A stretch of DNA of 64,000 nt from the human T2T-CHM13v2.0 reference genome, Homo sapiens. Position numbers and translations under genes: made by a program. Numbering within the stretch: the first letter of the stretch is position 1; every line of letters starts with the position of its first letter. The stretch is taken from NCBI RefSeq assembly GCF_009914755.1, contig NC_060928.1. The stretch is one strand, 5' to 3'. The notes beneath the pieces were generated by a model. The model made no database searches and had not been told where the DNA came from. It saw only the letters and a list, made by a program, of their open reading frames with translations. Below are positions 1-14,822 of the stretch, piece by piece.

Positions 1-284
<284 letters not shown>

Positions 285-339
285 TAGTTTAATATGCTGC
301 AAAAATGCTTTGTGTTTTCTTCTCATTTTTAAAAAATTG

Positions 340-460
340 TAAAAAAATGTATAACATGAAATTTACCATCTTAACAGTTCTTAAGTGTACAACTCAGTAG
401 TGTTCAGTATATTCACATTGTTGTGAAACAGATCTCCAGAACATTTTCATCTTGCAAAAC
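340..460 (-). mobile_element. Old L1M 3'-end fragment
   Basis: aaatttaccatcttaac...aagtgtaca...ctccagaacattttcatcttgca is typical of antisense L1MA/MB 3' ends. Confidence 0.6.
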
Positions 461-882
461 AAGCTTCCATTTCATGTTTGTCACACACAAAAAGATATGT
501 ACTCATGAGTGAGATTTTATAATTTTTTGGCTTTATCAAGGATATTTTTAAGTTGAAACTGGAATTGTTTTATTTTTTCTAATTGCAAGTGCATAACAAT
601 GAAGGATGCAGTCACAAGTAAGTAAAGTTTGGTGCCACTGCCTCAATTCACATCAGTTTTACACACCATTGCTTTTGTACCATCAGTAGAAAGGTCAACA
701 TAGAGGCAAGGGCCAACAATGTCTTCTTATTATGAAATCAGTTTTGACTTTGTAGACTTTCTAGAAGGTTCTTAGGAACCTTCCAACAGTCCACAGACCA
801 CTTTGAGAACCACTGATTTAGATAAATGTTTTAGGAAGATAACTTTGGTGGCAGGATAGAGAAGGGACACTTGGAAAAACAA

Positions 883-978
883 AGAGACTGGTTAATTCAA
901 GTGAAAGAAGAGAGACTGGTTAATTCAAGTGAAAGAAGAGGAAGGTCTAAATTTGAATTTAGGTCTATATTTGAATTT
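883..978. repeat. Two adjacent tandem duplications: 28 bp x2 (883-938) and 18 bp x2 (943-978)
   Basis: agagactggttaattcaagtgaaagaag repeats exactly. aggtcta(a/t)atttgaattt repeats with one mismatch. Confidence 0.92.
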
Positions 979-1531
979 GAGTGCAGATGAGAAGGAAAAG
1001 ACAGATTTAGGAGATAGATCAAAAGTGGAATTGATTTAGAGAATTGCAGGTTCTGTCTTACTTTTGATGCCTTTAGAAAAAAAGAAAATTGCAGGTATGT
1101 CTTTGAGATAATGAAATTATTGCCCATCTTTGTGCCAGATTTTATCCCTAATCTCCATGTATTCAATTTACATCACTAACCTAAATTATTCAAGATAAGT
1201 TGAAAGTTTCCACATAATAAAAAACTAATCTAAATGAAATTAATAATGATTTGGAGGAGGAATGAGCTATTCAGTTATCTGCTTCTGCTTAAACTGTGTT
1301 AGCTTGAGAGTTTATGACCATGCTTTTTATCAGCTTCTGAATTTACATATGTGTATTGAACATAAATAGCACTATATGCAGATCTGTATGTCATTAATTT
1401 AGGAGAGTTTTAGGGACTACTGTCTTTTCCACTGCTTAGACCCCCAATAATGAAAAAAATAGTACAAATTGGTTCATATACTTGGTTCTTGATTTTTCAT
1501 TTTGAAGGCTTTTTTCCCCTTTCTCAAACAG

Positions 1532-1692
1532 CACTTCAAATGCTTCACCTTCAGAAGGCGCACCACTAGCAGGAAGTTATGGATGTACTCCTCATTCATT
1601 CCCAAAGTTCCAGCATCCTTCTCATGAACTTTTGAAGGAAAATGGCTTTACCCAACAAGTGTACCACAAGTATCGTCGAAGATGCCTAAGTG
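1532..1692 (+). CDS. LARP1B: LARP1B internal coding exon (TSNASPSEGAPLAGSYGCTPHSFPKFQHPSHELLKENGFTQQVYHKYRRRCLS), start of the DM15 region
   Basis: Pyrimidine tract + cag acceptor (1529-1531) and G|gtaag donor at 1693. Manual translation matches the LARP1-family FQHPSHELLKENGF motif. Not present in the ORF track. Confidence 0.93.
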
Positions 1693-1874
1693 GTAAGATG
1701 CTTGTCCTTTATCTATCTAATATATTTAAAATTAAAATATAATTCTAAAAAATTTAAATGTTGTCATTTAATATCAGGTTAAGATATTCTTTTATTGTTA
1801 GACTATACATAGTTTTACTTTAAACATGTTTACATATATTCTTTATTCATGTACTTTATAACTTAGACACATTA

Positions 1875-2216
<342 letters not shown>

Positions 2217-2281
2217 CTATTGAGAGATATTTATAATTTAAGCAGTGAGTCAAAAAATGGGTTAGCATTTGTCAGCTGTTT

Positions 2282-2480
2282 CAGCAGTCCTCAATCTTTT
2301 TGGCACCAGGGACCTGTTTCATGGAAGACAATTTTTCCATGGGGGATGGTTTTGGATAAAACTGTTCCACCTCAGATCATCAGGCATTAGATTCTCTTAA
2401 GGAGTGTCCAGTCTAGATCCCTCACATGTGCAGTTCACAGTAGGGTACCAGTCTGTGGCCTGGAGGTTGGAGATCCCCAC
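2282..2480 (+). mobile_element. MER1-type (hAT-Charlie) DNA transposon fossil, internally deleted
   Basis: tttttggcaccagggac...catggaagacaatttttcca...aaactgttccacctcagatcatcaggcattagattctc. Confidence 0.8.
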
Positions 2481-2613
2481 TCTATTTAGAAGAAACCTAA
2501 ATACACTTTGAGGATTAATATGGTTGAGCTTTCTTCATTTTATATATAACATCTGCTGTCTTGTCTTTAAAAAGTATGTTTAATAAAATAATATTTTATT
2601 TAACTTTTTTCAG

Positions 2614-2758
2614 AGAGAAAACGCTTGGGAATTGGTCAGTCCCAAGAAATGAATACCCTCTTTCGTTTCTGGTCCTTTTTCCTCAGAGATCACTTCAATA
2701 AAAAAATGTATGAGGAATTTAGACAACTTGCTTGGGAAGATGCAAAAGAAAATTACAG
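2614..2758 (+). CDS. LARP1B: LARP1B coding exon, DM15 ([49 protein letters not shown])
   Basis: tttttcag acceptor and AG|gtcaga donor. Phase is compatible with both neighbouring exons. Overlaps ORF 2625..2858. Confidence 0.95.
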
Positions 2759-2929
2759 GTCAGATATTTTCTTTTACACTTCAAGGGAGTTTTATTATTT
2801 TCTTCTTCTTTTTTTCTTTACCCAGGTAGATCCGATAGAGGGAGTTTTTAGAAAATAATTTTTAAAACTAGTACTGAAGTAGCCTGATTTTGAACCGTGA
2901 AAGTAGCACAATATAACTAGAGGGAGACC

Positions 2930-3418
2930 TGTATTAGTTTTCTATTTCTGCATTGCAAATTACCCCAAAACTCCATAGGTTAAAACAATAAACATTTGTT
3001 AGTTCACAGCTTCAAAGAGTTGAGACTCCAGAAACTGCTTAGCTGGGTGGTTCTGGCTTATGGTTTCTCATGAGCTTGCAGCCAAGATGTTGAAGTGGGC
3101 TGTGGTCTCTGAAGACTTGGCCTGGGCTGGAGGATCTTTTTCAAGCTCATTCACATGGCTCTTGGCAGGAGGCTTCAGTTCCTTGCCACACTGACCTTCC
3201 CTAGGGCATTTTACAATACGGTTTCACCCTGAATGAGTAGAGCTTCCAAAATGGAAGCCTCAGTATTTTATACAACCTGCACTTGGAAGTGGCATACCAT
3301 TATTTCTGCCATATTGTATAGTCCATACAGACCAGTCCTGGTACAGTATAGGAGGGTACTACACAAGGTTGTTAATACCAAGAGATGGGATCATTAGGAA
3401 CCATCTTAGAGGCTGGCA
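2930..3418. mobile_element. MLT1-family (MaLR) solo LTR
   Basis: tgtattagttttctat...aaattaccccaaaact...taaaacaataaacattt...cttagctgggtggttctggct. Confidence 0.7.
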
Positions 3419-5009
3419 GAAGGGCTGAATGAAATTACAAAACTTTTCTCTCCCATGCTCCCACCATTACAGACTTCCCTTGCATGTACATATACATACC
3501 CCAATTGATATGTGCTTAGAGCCAACCCAGTTCTTAAGATTCTTTGAGAAAAGAAAAAGCAAGGCCTCTCACAATATGTCCTTTGACTCACCTTGTCTAA
3601 TTTTTTCCCCGCTAGTCCTGTAGTACTCTGGGCAACAGTGATACTGAACTACATATTCTTCAAATGAACCAAGCTCTCTAGCCTCTGGACATCTGTGCAT
3701 GTTCTTAACTTTGCTTCTACTTCTCTTCGTCCTCCCTGTGCTTTTCTAAATCCTATTCTTTTTGTCCCAGCTTAGACCTTGCTTCCTTCAGAAATGTTCA
3801 TGGAAAGTCTTGAGAGTGCCTGTAGGGCTGAGTGAGGGCAGACAAAGAGGGTAAGAAGGAACATGGCGTGGACTCATGAAGGCTATTTATTCATGGGGAA
3901 AAGGAGAAAGGAACAAGAGATGGAGAGAAGGGAAAAAGATGATTTTTCATTCAATCATATTTACCTAAACTTACCCTTCTTTAAGTTCTGAAAATGGATT
4001 CCTCTTGTAAATATCAAATAAGAATATATTGTTTACCAGATATTGTGATCTTTGAGAAGAATACAAGGTGTGCTACAAATACATTTTTCTGATTAAAATC
4101 ACAAAAATTTCTTTGTGTTGACTTATGTAAAAACAAAGCCCGTTTAATTTTTATCTGTTATCTATATCAGGAACAGCAGATCCATGGCAGGTGTACTTCT
4201 ATTTCTTTTTCCTCTATTACTGATATCTCTAATCAATCCCAGTTATGTTTTATGTTCTTTCTTACCACACTTTTAAGATTTATACTCTTCCTTATGACTT
4301 TAATAGCTACTGCCAGTTTACCAGAGTTGGCATAAAAAGCAAAATTTGCCATTCCTAATCTCATTGTTCTTATTCAAACTGTGGTTTGCTACCTATTCGT
4401 CAATTGTAAAATCAATTGAGTGGTTCTAACATGCTTTAAAAAATACAGTAGAAAATACCAGACTGCACTGAGCATAGTAATTCATACATATGAATTTAAT
4501 TCATACCCATATACATACAAATTTAAGAACTGTTTTGCAAAACATATATCTTTTTATGTACACACATATAGAGACATGCATATTGATTTAGTTATAAGGT
4601 AAAATATTTTTCATGGTATTGGACCTAGTCAGAAAAGTTTGAAAGCCATTGTTTTAATTGATCTCAGACTATTTTGCTATTTATGCAATTTCTGTTTGTT
4701 CCTTAAGACTTTCTGATAACTTCTCTGATTCCATTTCCACCCAAGTCTAGGTTGGGAGTTCCTCTTCTGTGTTCCTATACACATACCTCTGTGTATGTTT
4801 CTAATACCTTTGTAACACAGTTTCCTACCTTTGGTTCTGTTTCTGCAGTATTTACCACTAGACTGTATTAGCTACTTCTTAGGAAGTAGTGGTTAAGCAC
4901 CTGAAGTCCTTGAAATCAGGACTATGTTTGAGTTGCAGCCATTAATTTACTGTGGCCTTGGCAGATTATAATCCCACCAGGCTTTAGGTTCTTTATAAAA
5001 AGTAGGTTA

Positions 5010-5296
5010 AGCCAGGCATGGTGGCTCACACCTGTAATCCCTGCACTTTGGGAGGCCGAGGCAGGCAGATCACTGAAGCCAGGAGTTCGAGACTAGCCTG
5101 GCCAACATGGCAAAACCCCGTCTCTTCTAAAAATACAAAAATTAGCTTGGCGTGGTGGCCTGCGCTTATAGCTGCTTGGGAGGCTGAAACATGAGAACTG
5201 CTTGAGCCTGGGAGGAGGAGGTTGCAGTGAGCCAAGGTTGTGCTACTGCACTTCAGTCTGGGTGACTGAACAAGACTCTGTCTCAACAAAAAAAAA
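5010..5296 (+). mobile_element. Alu
   Basis: Alu dimer with A tail, flanked by aggttaa. Confidence 0.93.
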
Positions 5297-5404
5297 GGTT
5301 AAATTGTGATAGATACTCTCTCATGGGGTTATTGTGAAGATTACACAAAGCATTTAAAGGGCTTAACACATTAACTTATGTATAGTAAGTGCTTGACAAA
5401 TGAT

Positions 5405-5766
<362 letters not shown>

Positions 5767-6319
5767 AGATGATTATTGTCATTAGGGAATTGTTACTAAT
5801 TCTGTCCATTGGTTGAAAGTAGTAATAATGTGATTACAGGAAGGAGGGAGAGAGCTAACATCGCTTACATCTCTTCAATGTGCTAGCTCTGGTCTAGAGG
5901 GTTTACAAATATCTATTTTCGAAAAATAGGATCTAATTGACTCAATTTTCAGTGATATAATGACAAGCCCATGATTCAAATATAGTTCTTTCTGGTTCTA
6001 AGCCTCTAGGTTTTCTACTCCTCTGAGCTGTCTTGCAGTTAGTGGTAAATGAGTAAATGACAACTGAGAAGGCTGATCATTTGCCTTTGTCCTTCACTCC
6101 AGCAGTTATGCTGTGTATTTGGGTTGTGTTATTAATGTCATACTTTTGGTCTTTGGAATAGTTTGCTAAGAAATAAGAGTAAAAATCCAAATATTGCCTA
6201 TTCAATATAAATGTTGTATTGTCATCCTTTATCAATAATCTAAGAATTTCTATATTCCTCTAAAATATGATTTACTTGATAAAAACCAAAAACTTACTTC
6301 TCCAGAAATAAAGAGAGAT

Positions 6320-7066
<747 letters not shown>

Positions 7067-7441
7067 ATGTCGGTATATGATCCCATAAGAGGAACATCAA
7101 AGCAAGTTTGTCATTCTGAACTGTGGTTCCTTTAGTCTTTGATCTCCTTAGACTTCAGTCATGCAAGCTCAACCAGTAGCATCACTTAAGGCTATGGGAG
7201 CCAAGGGCTCAGGTTGCTGTATAAGTGTGTAGTTGGCAGTCCTGCATTTCTCTTGTTGGCTTGCCAGACCATCACTCTTCGTCTTGTAAATAAGCTGGTT
7301 GCAAAAGAGACACACAATCACATACCCTGCTTCCTGTGACTGACAGCCAGTTAATATTATGTTAGCAGAATGAAGAGGTTGTAACCTTTCTGCTGAGGTA
7401 CCCAGAATGACTTAGGATTCTAACTTAGGAGTGTTTTAATT

Positions 7442-7556
7442 GTGGTATCTTTTAGTTGAGTCAGCTAGACAAGGTCTTTTTGCTGCCATCTTACAGCCTT
7501 GTTTCACTCTCATGGGTTCTGCTCATCACCTGTGGTTGAAGGTTGAGCCTATATAG
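7442..7556. repeat. Dispersed direct repeat, copy 1 (unclassified)
   Basis: About 88% identical to 9917-10030 by manual alignment. Confidence 0.9.
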
Positions 7557-8028
7557 TTTGCTGATCTACTGAGCAGAACTCCTAGATTCTCAAGATAGTT
7601 ATAGACAGAAACAAGGAAATTTGTTTTCTCATTTACGTAGTGATTATAGCTCTATTAGCAATATATCTACTATTAATTGTACTTTATAATGAAAGCAGGG
7701 AGGCTCTCTTAACCATTTAATTATGTTTGTACCATTATAGTTGAATGGGACAGCCACACCTGGGATCTAGGGCACAGCCGTACAGTCTTTATCTTCCTAG
7801 AGTAAAGCTTACATTCAAGAGTATTTATTTAATGCTGTGTACAAAGATACCATTATAAATTTTGGTTTGGGGAAAATCTAACACATCCCCAATTTATCAC
7901 TAAATCTTTTGGCCAGTTCTTCAGAAATACCAGGGAGAGATAATGTGTGCATCTAAAGAGGTCATACTGAACTGTCCAAGGGCTGCCTTTCATGCAGCAG
8001 GTTCTCAGTATACCTTCATGATGTGCTA

Positions 8029-8409
<381 letters not shown>

Positions 8410-8520
8410 CTAAAATTTTATTTTTTGTTTAGGATTAGTTGTGCCATGTTTGCTTATATTGATGTTACTAACTATAGAGATATTGTATTTTATTATAAAC
8501 CTTTTATTTTCTCTTTATAG

Positions 8521-8630
8521 GTATGGGTTAGAATGTCTGTTCAGGTTTTATAGTTATGGACTGGAAAAAAAATTCAGGCGAGAAATTTTTCAGGATTTCC
8601 AAGAAGAAACCAAAAAAGACTACGAATCTG
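8521..8630 (+). CDS. LARP1B: LARP1B coding exon, DM15 ([36 protein letters not shown])
   Basis: ctctttatag acceptor and CTG|gtaaca donor. Carries the [10 protein letters not shown]15 motif. Lies within ORF 8441..8662. Confidence 0.95.
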
Positions 8631-8725
8631 GTAACAATAACATCAGAAAACTTGTACTCTAATTGGAAATTGTAAACCTGAGTCTGTCAGTAAATAGGGA
8701 AGGAGTTCATAGTTTTTTTCTTCAG

Positions 8726-8934
8726 GGCAAACCATTTAAGATCTTCATGCTATTGTTGTGTTTCTTGATGAAGGATGGGGCACCAGGTAGTAAGAAGGCC
8801 TTTCCTGGGAGGTGTTGGAAAGTAACTACTCTCAAGTCTTTCTTTTATGGAGGTATATTTTGTCATTATCCCTTTGACAAACGTGGCTACTCACTGATGT
8901 TCCGTTACATGAAAATTCTATGCAACATCAGCAG
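8726..8934 (+). other. Candidate cassette (poison) exon in LARP1B intron
   Basis: tttttttcttcag acceptor at 8725 and CAG|gtaagc donor at 8935. In-frame TAA at 8737-8739 when joined to the upstream exon. Confidence 0.4.
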
Positions 8935-8947
8935 GTAAGCTTGGAAA

Positions 8948-9200
8948 GGCAGAAATAGCACAGTGGTTAAGAGTGCAGGCTCTGGGACAGACTGCTAGGT
9001 GCAAATTCCCTTTCCACTATTTAGAAGCTATGTGATTGTGGGTAAATTGCCTACCCTTGCTAGCCTCAGTTTTCTCATCTGTAACATATATGAGAACACC
9101 CATCTTTTGGGTTGTATATGGTTCAAATTAGTTTGATGCATAATAAAGCACTTAATGCTTGTTACATAACAAATGCTCAATAAATATTAGCTGCCATTAT
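8948..9200 (+). mobile_element. MIR SINE
   Basis: agcacagtggttaagagtgcaggctctg...gcctcagttttctcatctgtaa...gctcaataaatattagct. Confidence 0.8.
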
Positions 9201-9348
9201 TGGTTAATTCATTACATGTCTTATTCTCAAGATCTAGAGTAAGCATATATTGGAAGATAAATTGTTTATTGCTGATAGGATTATATTTAATGTGAATAAT
9301 TTTTAAAATTTCATATAATTCATAATGTATATTATTCTTTGTTATTAG

Positions 9349-9476
9349 GTCAGCTGTATGGACTAGAAAAGTTTTGGGCTTATTTGAAATATTCTCAATC
9401 TAAGACACAGTCTATTGACCCAAAACTTCAGGAATACCTCTGTAGTTTTAAGAGGTTAGAAGACTTCCGTGTTGAT
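9349..9476 (+). CDS. LARP1B: LARP1B coding exon, DM15 (GQLYGLEKFWAYLKYSQSKTQSIDPKLQEYLCSFKRLEDFRVD)
   Basis: ttattag acceptor and GAT|gtaagt donor (phase 0). Carries the LYGLEKFWA motif. Confidence 0.95.
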
Positions 9477-9916
9477 GTAAGTTTTAAGTCATTTCCTCTA
9501 TTCTTTTTATTATCCATATATTTCAGTCTCTTATCAGTGACTTTTTAAGCTTTAATTTTGTAATTTTTATTTTTTAACTTTTTAGTTTTAAAATTAAACT
9601 TTGAAATAGATATAAAAATAGTTCAGAGAATTCCCATATACTCTGTTCACTCAGATTTCGCAAATGTTAACATCTTGTATAACCACAGTGCAATTGTTAA
9701 TTCAATTTAATTTTCATATGCTGCTATAATTAAACATTTTCTAGATTTATTAATTTTTACCTGATATGCTAATTTGTCACTAGCAATGTGAAAACTTTTC
9801 ACTTTTTAATGATCTTTTATCCATATAATTCCTGTAACATGTGCTGATATGGATTTAGGGTACCTGCATAATAAAATTAAGGAGAGAATGTTGTGTGCAT
9901 GTGTGCAAGCACAAGA

Positions 9917-10030
9917 GTGGTGTCTTTTAGTTGAGTCAGCCAGACAAGGTCCTTTTGCTGCCATCTTACAACGATGTCCACTCTCATGCGTTCTTCTCAT
10001 CACCTTTGGTGGAAGGTTGAACTTATATAG
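9917..10030. repeat. Dispersed direct repeat, copy 2 (unclassified)
   Basis: 13 mismatches and 1 gap versus 7442-7556. Confidence 0.9.
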
Positions 10031-10080
10031 GCTTTATCCATTTGATTTCAAGAGGAAAAGAAAAGCATTAAAAAATGTCA

Positions 10081-10452
<372 letters not shown>

Positions 10453-11229
10453 TTAAATTTAAAAATAGGAAAGAAGTAAAAGGAAGGCTAGGTTCATCAT
10501 CTCTGCTTTGTGTTGTAATTTGTCTTGCAGTTTTGTGTAAATGGACTTGATGACCCAGGGATAGGGTTAATAAAAGTGCCTGTCTCTGGAATTAAGAGCT
10601 ATTTTTCTAGAGTGGCCTAGCCAGTTCTGTCACAAAGACATCCTTGCTCTATATTTGAGACTCTTGCCCCATCTGAACATAAGCTAAGAATTCAGGCCTC
10701 CTTCTTTAAGTACAACGGAAGATTGGATGAGGAGGTTACTATCTTAGTTTAGCTCCACATAAAAATACTAGTTCATTGGTGTCCAGTTCTGGGCTCCCAA
10801 ATCTTGGTAACTGGAAAGGCATAAAAAGCTGACTTTTTTTGAATGCAGGATACCTTTTCACTGGGTACTTAAACGTTTGAAGATGTTTAAATTTGGTGCC
10901 ATCAATAATATTCTCCAGTCTCATCATAGGAATTCTAGATAAACCTTCAAACTTGCTAACGATAATTTAACTTGGCATCTCTTTTATTCCCCTACTGCTT
11001 TCATTTATCTGTTATTTAAACATTTTCACTTAAGCAAGCCTGGAATAGGAGTTTAGGATTGAGAAAGAGACTGGAAATACAAATCCTTTACAGTTGATGA
11101 AATTAATAAAGAAGGCAAATAGCCTCGCTGAAACATTTTCTTGGAGCCAAGGAACCCAGCCTTATAGTTATGCCCCATCAGATAGCTCAGGCCCTAAAAA
11201 ATGAGAGAAGCTTAGTAAACATGTGTTGA

Positions 11230-11599
<370 letters not shown>

Positions 11600-11715
11600 A
11601 AACATATGTTGAGTAAAAGAATGAGCAAATACTAGTAGGCTGATTTAGTTAGGAAGGAAATTTAAGTTTAGTACCTTAAGTTGCTGTTAAGTTTTTGTTA
11701 TACTAATACAATCTG

Positions 11716-11836
11716 TGAGGCGGAAGAATGGCGTGAACCCGGGAGGCGGAGCTTGCAGTGACCCGAGATCGCGCCACTGCACTCCAGCCTGGGTGACAGA
11801 ATGAGACTCCATCAGAAAAAAAAAAAAAAAAAAAAA
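11716..11836 (+). mobile_element. 5'-truncated AluY (right arm only)
   Basis: AluY diagnostics gaatggcgtgaacccgggaggcggagcttgcagtg, CpGs retained, long pure A tail. Confidence 0.88.
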
Positions 11837-11948
11837 TTATACTGAAGTGTCCATTTAACTTACTTTTTTGGGGAAAAGTCTAGCCTTAGATTCTGAAGGG
11901 AGGAAAAACAGTAAAATTGTCAACGGTGTTGCCTTTCATCATTTGCAG

Positions 11949-12146
11949 CCCCCTATTAGTGATGAATTTGGAAGAAAAAGACATTCCTCTACTTCTGGTG
12001 AGGAGAGTAATCGTCATAGACTTCCACCTAATTCCTCTACAAAGCCACCAAATGCTGCTAAACCTACATCTACCAGTGAGCTTCAGGTACCAATAAACTC
12101 TCCCAGAAGGAATATTTCACCGGAGTCCAGTGACAATTCACATTAA
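11949..12146 (+). CDS. LARP1B: LARP1B last coding exon (PPISDEFGRKRH...SPESSDNSH*)
   Basis: tttgcag acceptor. Phase 0 restores the family RVD-PP junction. TAA at 12144-12146. The S/P-rich tail differs from LARP1, which supports the LARP1B paralog. Confidence 0.9.
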   Translation, partial: PPISDEFGRKRHSSTSGEESNRHRLPPNSSTKPPNAAKPTSTSELQVPINSPRRNISPESSDNSH

Positions 12147-13235
12147 ACAGTGCTGCCTGTGTCCTGTGGTCTCAAGAAATGGTGAAATGCCTGAGAAATA
12201 GACTCTTATGAAAGTTCTTTGTCCTTGAAGTCAACATTTACATCAGTATTTATTTGGGGAAAATCTTCTGGTGTTTAATTGTGATAATAAGAAAGAAGAA
12301 AAAGAAAGAAAAGTGGTAGCATTTTTTCTAACAAGATAAATTCTAAAAATGTTTTCCCTGATTTCACAAACAAGGATAGTCTTGGTGACCTTTTATAGAG
12401 ATCTTCTAGTAATGTATTTTGATCTCAGATTTCTTTTTCAAAGCCATGGTTTTACAAAAACAGCATTCCTTAAATATATTTAAAAAACAATACAAGGAAT
12501 GCCTAACATTTCAGCTCATACTTCTTAAAGAAGATATAGTATGTTGTATTCTCTTCTTAGAGCTTTCTTAAAGAATCCACAATCCAATTACCCCACTGTC
12601 AATTCATATTTGAACTTACCAAAACAAAGGAGGATTACGTATATGTTTTTTAAATTCAAAAAAGAATATGAAATTATACCTTTAGTATCCCTTTGAGACA
12701 TATAGTTTAAAGAAAACTTTTTTTAAAACAAAAGTAGGAATATATAGTAAGATTGTAGTTACAATGAGTATATGCACTTTTGATGCTAGGTTTTGCTTTT
12801 CTCCCCCCAGTCATATCTCATGATTTCCACAGTTGTTGTATTGGTGTGGAGTTTTCTGAATTGGCTATAAGCTGATTACATATTAGAGGTTTATTTTTAT
12901 GATTCTATATAAACGTGCACGAGTAATTTAAAACCTGCATTGGGATTGATTGGAATATTGTCCTAAATTAATTAAATCTTGCACTGTTTTGAATGCATCT
13001 GCTATTTATACATCTGCAAGTGGGTATGTCATAAGGAGTCAGATTATCTTTAATTTAAAATGAATACTTAGTTTTACCTTTTTGTTTATTTTTTGTTTAA
13101 TTTTGTTTTTATAAATGTTTTCAAGAGTTATAGCAAATTGATTTCTAATTTTTATTGCTATTACAACTGATGTAAATGGTAGTTTCAGTTTTTGTGAGAT
13201 TTAAAAAAATAAAGCACTTATTCTGAATTTTTTGA
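12147..13235 (+). other. LARP1B: LARP1B 3'UTR (AU-rich, free of recognisable interspersed repeats); may extend to ~13670 or ~14070
   Basis: Follows the stop codon. AATAAA at 13208-13213 has U-rich downstream sequence. Further AATAAA hexamers at 13646-13651 and 14045-14050. Confidence 0.7.
13208..13213 (+). terminator. Polyadenylation signal AATAAA (proximal)
   Basis: Canonical hexamer followed ~20-45 nt later by T-rich tracts. Confidence 0.6.
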
Positions 13236-14170
13236 ATTGATTTTTAATTATTTTTATTTAGAATATAGTTGAAAAGCTGTAATATTCAGTTTTGCTAGTA
13301 AAAGACCATTTTTTTGTGTGAATGAAGTTTCAATTATAAACTTACATTCACTTTATTGAGCACTACATAATTTACAGATATTTTGTTGTATTGGCAAAAG
13401 CAAGTGGTTTCCATATGCTAAATTAATTGTATTTTCTTTTTGAGCAGATTGGATATCTTGTTCTTATAAATTATAATATTGAAATACATATAATCTTTGG
13501 ATGGATGGGCTGTTAATTTGTAAATAGGTTTTCATTAAGTTATTTCTCATGATAAGTAATAATCAGCAGTTTTATAATATTTACTATTTGGAGGGTCATT
13601 TTGATGCTTTAAATTGCAGAAATAGTCAAATTTGAATATTCAGAAAATAAATTTATTTAGATATATTGTAAAGAGGGTGCAAAACAAGCAATGGGTTAGA
13701 ATAATAGATCTTCAAGTCTTTTCTTAAATGGGGTATGTAGTTCCAGCTTTTCAGTGAGAAATTTCCAAACCGTGCTTATTAGCTTTAAATGGTCTCTTGA
13801 AATGATCATAAATTTTTCTCAGTGTCCTTTTTGTGTTGAACACATATATCTGAAACCTGTATTTAACCAGATATTTCTACTCAACTGAATATACAAGTGT
13901 AAATTTGATTGGAAAATTGTATATTATAAATGAAAATACAATAATCAGGAGTTTTGTGGTTTGTATTAATTAGTAGTTTTATCATATTTTTATTATAAAA
14001 GTAATACATGTACATTGGGAAATTTAGAAAAGCACAAAGAAGAAAATAAAGTACTTGTTATAAAAAGAAGAAAAACCAAAATTGGTGTCAGGCTATATAT
14101 AGTGTTATAACCTGCATTTGTCACTTAATGGAGTTGAACATTTTCTGATGTCATTAATATTTCTCATTAC

Positions 14171-14308
14171 TTTTTTTTTTTAAATTGTAGAGATGGGGTT
14201 TCACCATGTTGACCAGGCTGATCTTGAACTCCTGGTCTCAAGTGATCCACCTTCCTCGGCCTCCTAAAGTGCTTGAATTACAGGCATGATGAGCCACCGT
14301 GCCTGGCC
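14171..14308 (-). mobile_element. Alu monomer (FLAM-like) with 19-bp flanking direct repeat, inside an old antisense L1M
   Basis: tgatgtcattaatatttct at 14146-14164 and 14311-14329. Confidence 0.85.
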
Positions 14309-14438
14309 AGTGATGTCATTAATATTTCTATTTCATGGCTTTTACTAGTTACATAGTATTCCAGTGTGTGAATATGCCGAGTTTACGTAGCTAACTGCTG
14401 ACTGTTGAACTTTGGCTGTGGCTAGGTTTTAGCTGTTA

Positions 14439-14822
<384 letters not shown>

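Noticed and set aside
883-940. 28-bp direct repeat of CRISPR-like length
   Set aside because: Only two abutting copies with no spacers, in eukaryotic DNA with no cas genes.
7442-7556. Calling the twin element an annotated snoRNA
   Set aside because: The C/D-like boxes are antisense to the host gene and no H box is present on the sense strand. Kept only as a hypothesis under findings.
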